Assembly: GCF_003918875.1 (NCBI RefSeq) | Contig: NW_025767151.1 | Coordinates: 744,001 to 808,000, forward strand | DNA from: Haliotis rubra | Taxonomy: Eukaryota | DNA: 64,000 bases | Reading direction: 5' to 3' | Part shown: piece after piece, positions 63,301 to 64,000 of the stretch | Layout of the letters: each line of letters starts with the position of its first letter | How positions within the stretch are numbered: the stretch's first letter is position 1 | Position numbers and translations under genes: made by a program | The notes under the pieces: model-generated | Database searches by the model: none | Told to the model about the DNA's origin: nothing | What the model saw: the letters and a program-made list of their open reading frames with translations, nothing else

Positions 63301-64000
63301 GGCTTTTTATAATGGTAGCTATGCCCTGATACAGACGGGCTTTTATAATGGTAGCTACGCCCCTGATACAGATAACAAGCAAACAAGTGCAGGCATTTGA
63401 CACCGCCACCACTATAATATTGAAAATGTTCTTGAAGGATTCAAGGTATGACCACGATACCCGAATCAAATACATGTATATCACCGTCGAAAAGAACAGA
63501 CGGACAACTGTTCCTGATTCACTTTGCCATTCTTAAGCCTAAAATAAAGTATAGAGTTAGTAAAGTAAACGATAGGTCCTAATGTTACAAGGGCTTTGTG
63601 GTTTGGGGCCTTGCACCTCGCCAGTGACAGCTGACAGCAGGCAGCAGAAACAGTTATTTTCTTGTAATTATGCCTGTTTTGTTTTCACCATTTTGTAAAA
63701 GAATTTATAAAAAAGTGGGAACTTATTTTTAATTTACTATTGGAAAAAATGGGAGATATATCGGAGCCAATCAATGTGGGGTTTTTTAAAAATAATTGTA
63801 TTCCTTTTCACCGGTACATGTTTTACAGCAAATGGAGAGTTCATAGTTCAATACACATAGTGTCATATCAAAATGGGTATGACAATTCAGTAGCTGACGG
63901 TTATGGCTTTTACAGGAGAAGTATTGTTCAGGTAAATGAACAATGACATATTGACCAGTACTTCGTGAATTTGGTGTAATCACAAGTTAAGGATGAGGTA

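Overview
This is AT-rich, repeat-dense animal genomic DNA with no prokaryotic features. The SINE families suggest a mollusc, possibly a gastropod such as abalone (inference). (1) ~8.64-14.65 kb is an insertion, bounded by an empty paralogous site at ~23.9 kb. It carries a decayed, GC/CpG-rich, intronless Polinton/Maverick-like virus fragment: terminal AGTAGT hairpin, integrase C-terminus, A32/FtsK-type packaging ATPase, major and minor capsid proteins, and two convergent membrane-protein genes. No polymerase or protease is left. (2) Two convergent paralogous laccase-type multicopper oxidase genes lie at 36.5-39.7 kb (+) and 45.8-48.3 kb (-). Each has one ~1.96-kb catalytic exon and a small transmembrane/tail exon. 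In the + gene the acceptor of the TM exon is amplified into ~22 in-phase 33-bp units, two of which carry in-frame stops, so acceptor choice could switch between secreted and membrane-bound isoforms. (3) A 5.5-kb Thr/Ser/Pro mucin-like triplet array has an error-ridden centre. (4) There are many transposable elements: four SINE families, L2, RTE-X-like and L1/Tx1-like LINE remnants, a near-intact DD34E Tc1, MITEs, and a nested Tc1>SINE>L2 stack. (5) The window also holds local duplications, minisatellites and two N gaps. Family assignments come from remembered motif patterns; no database search was run.
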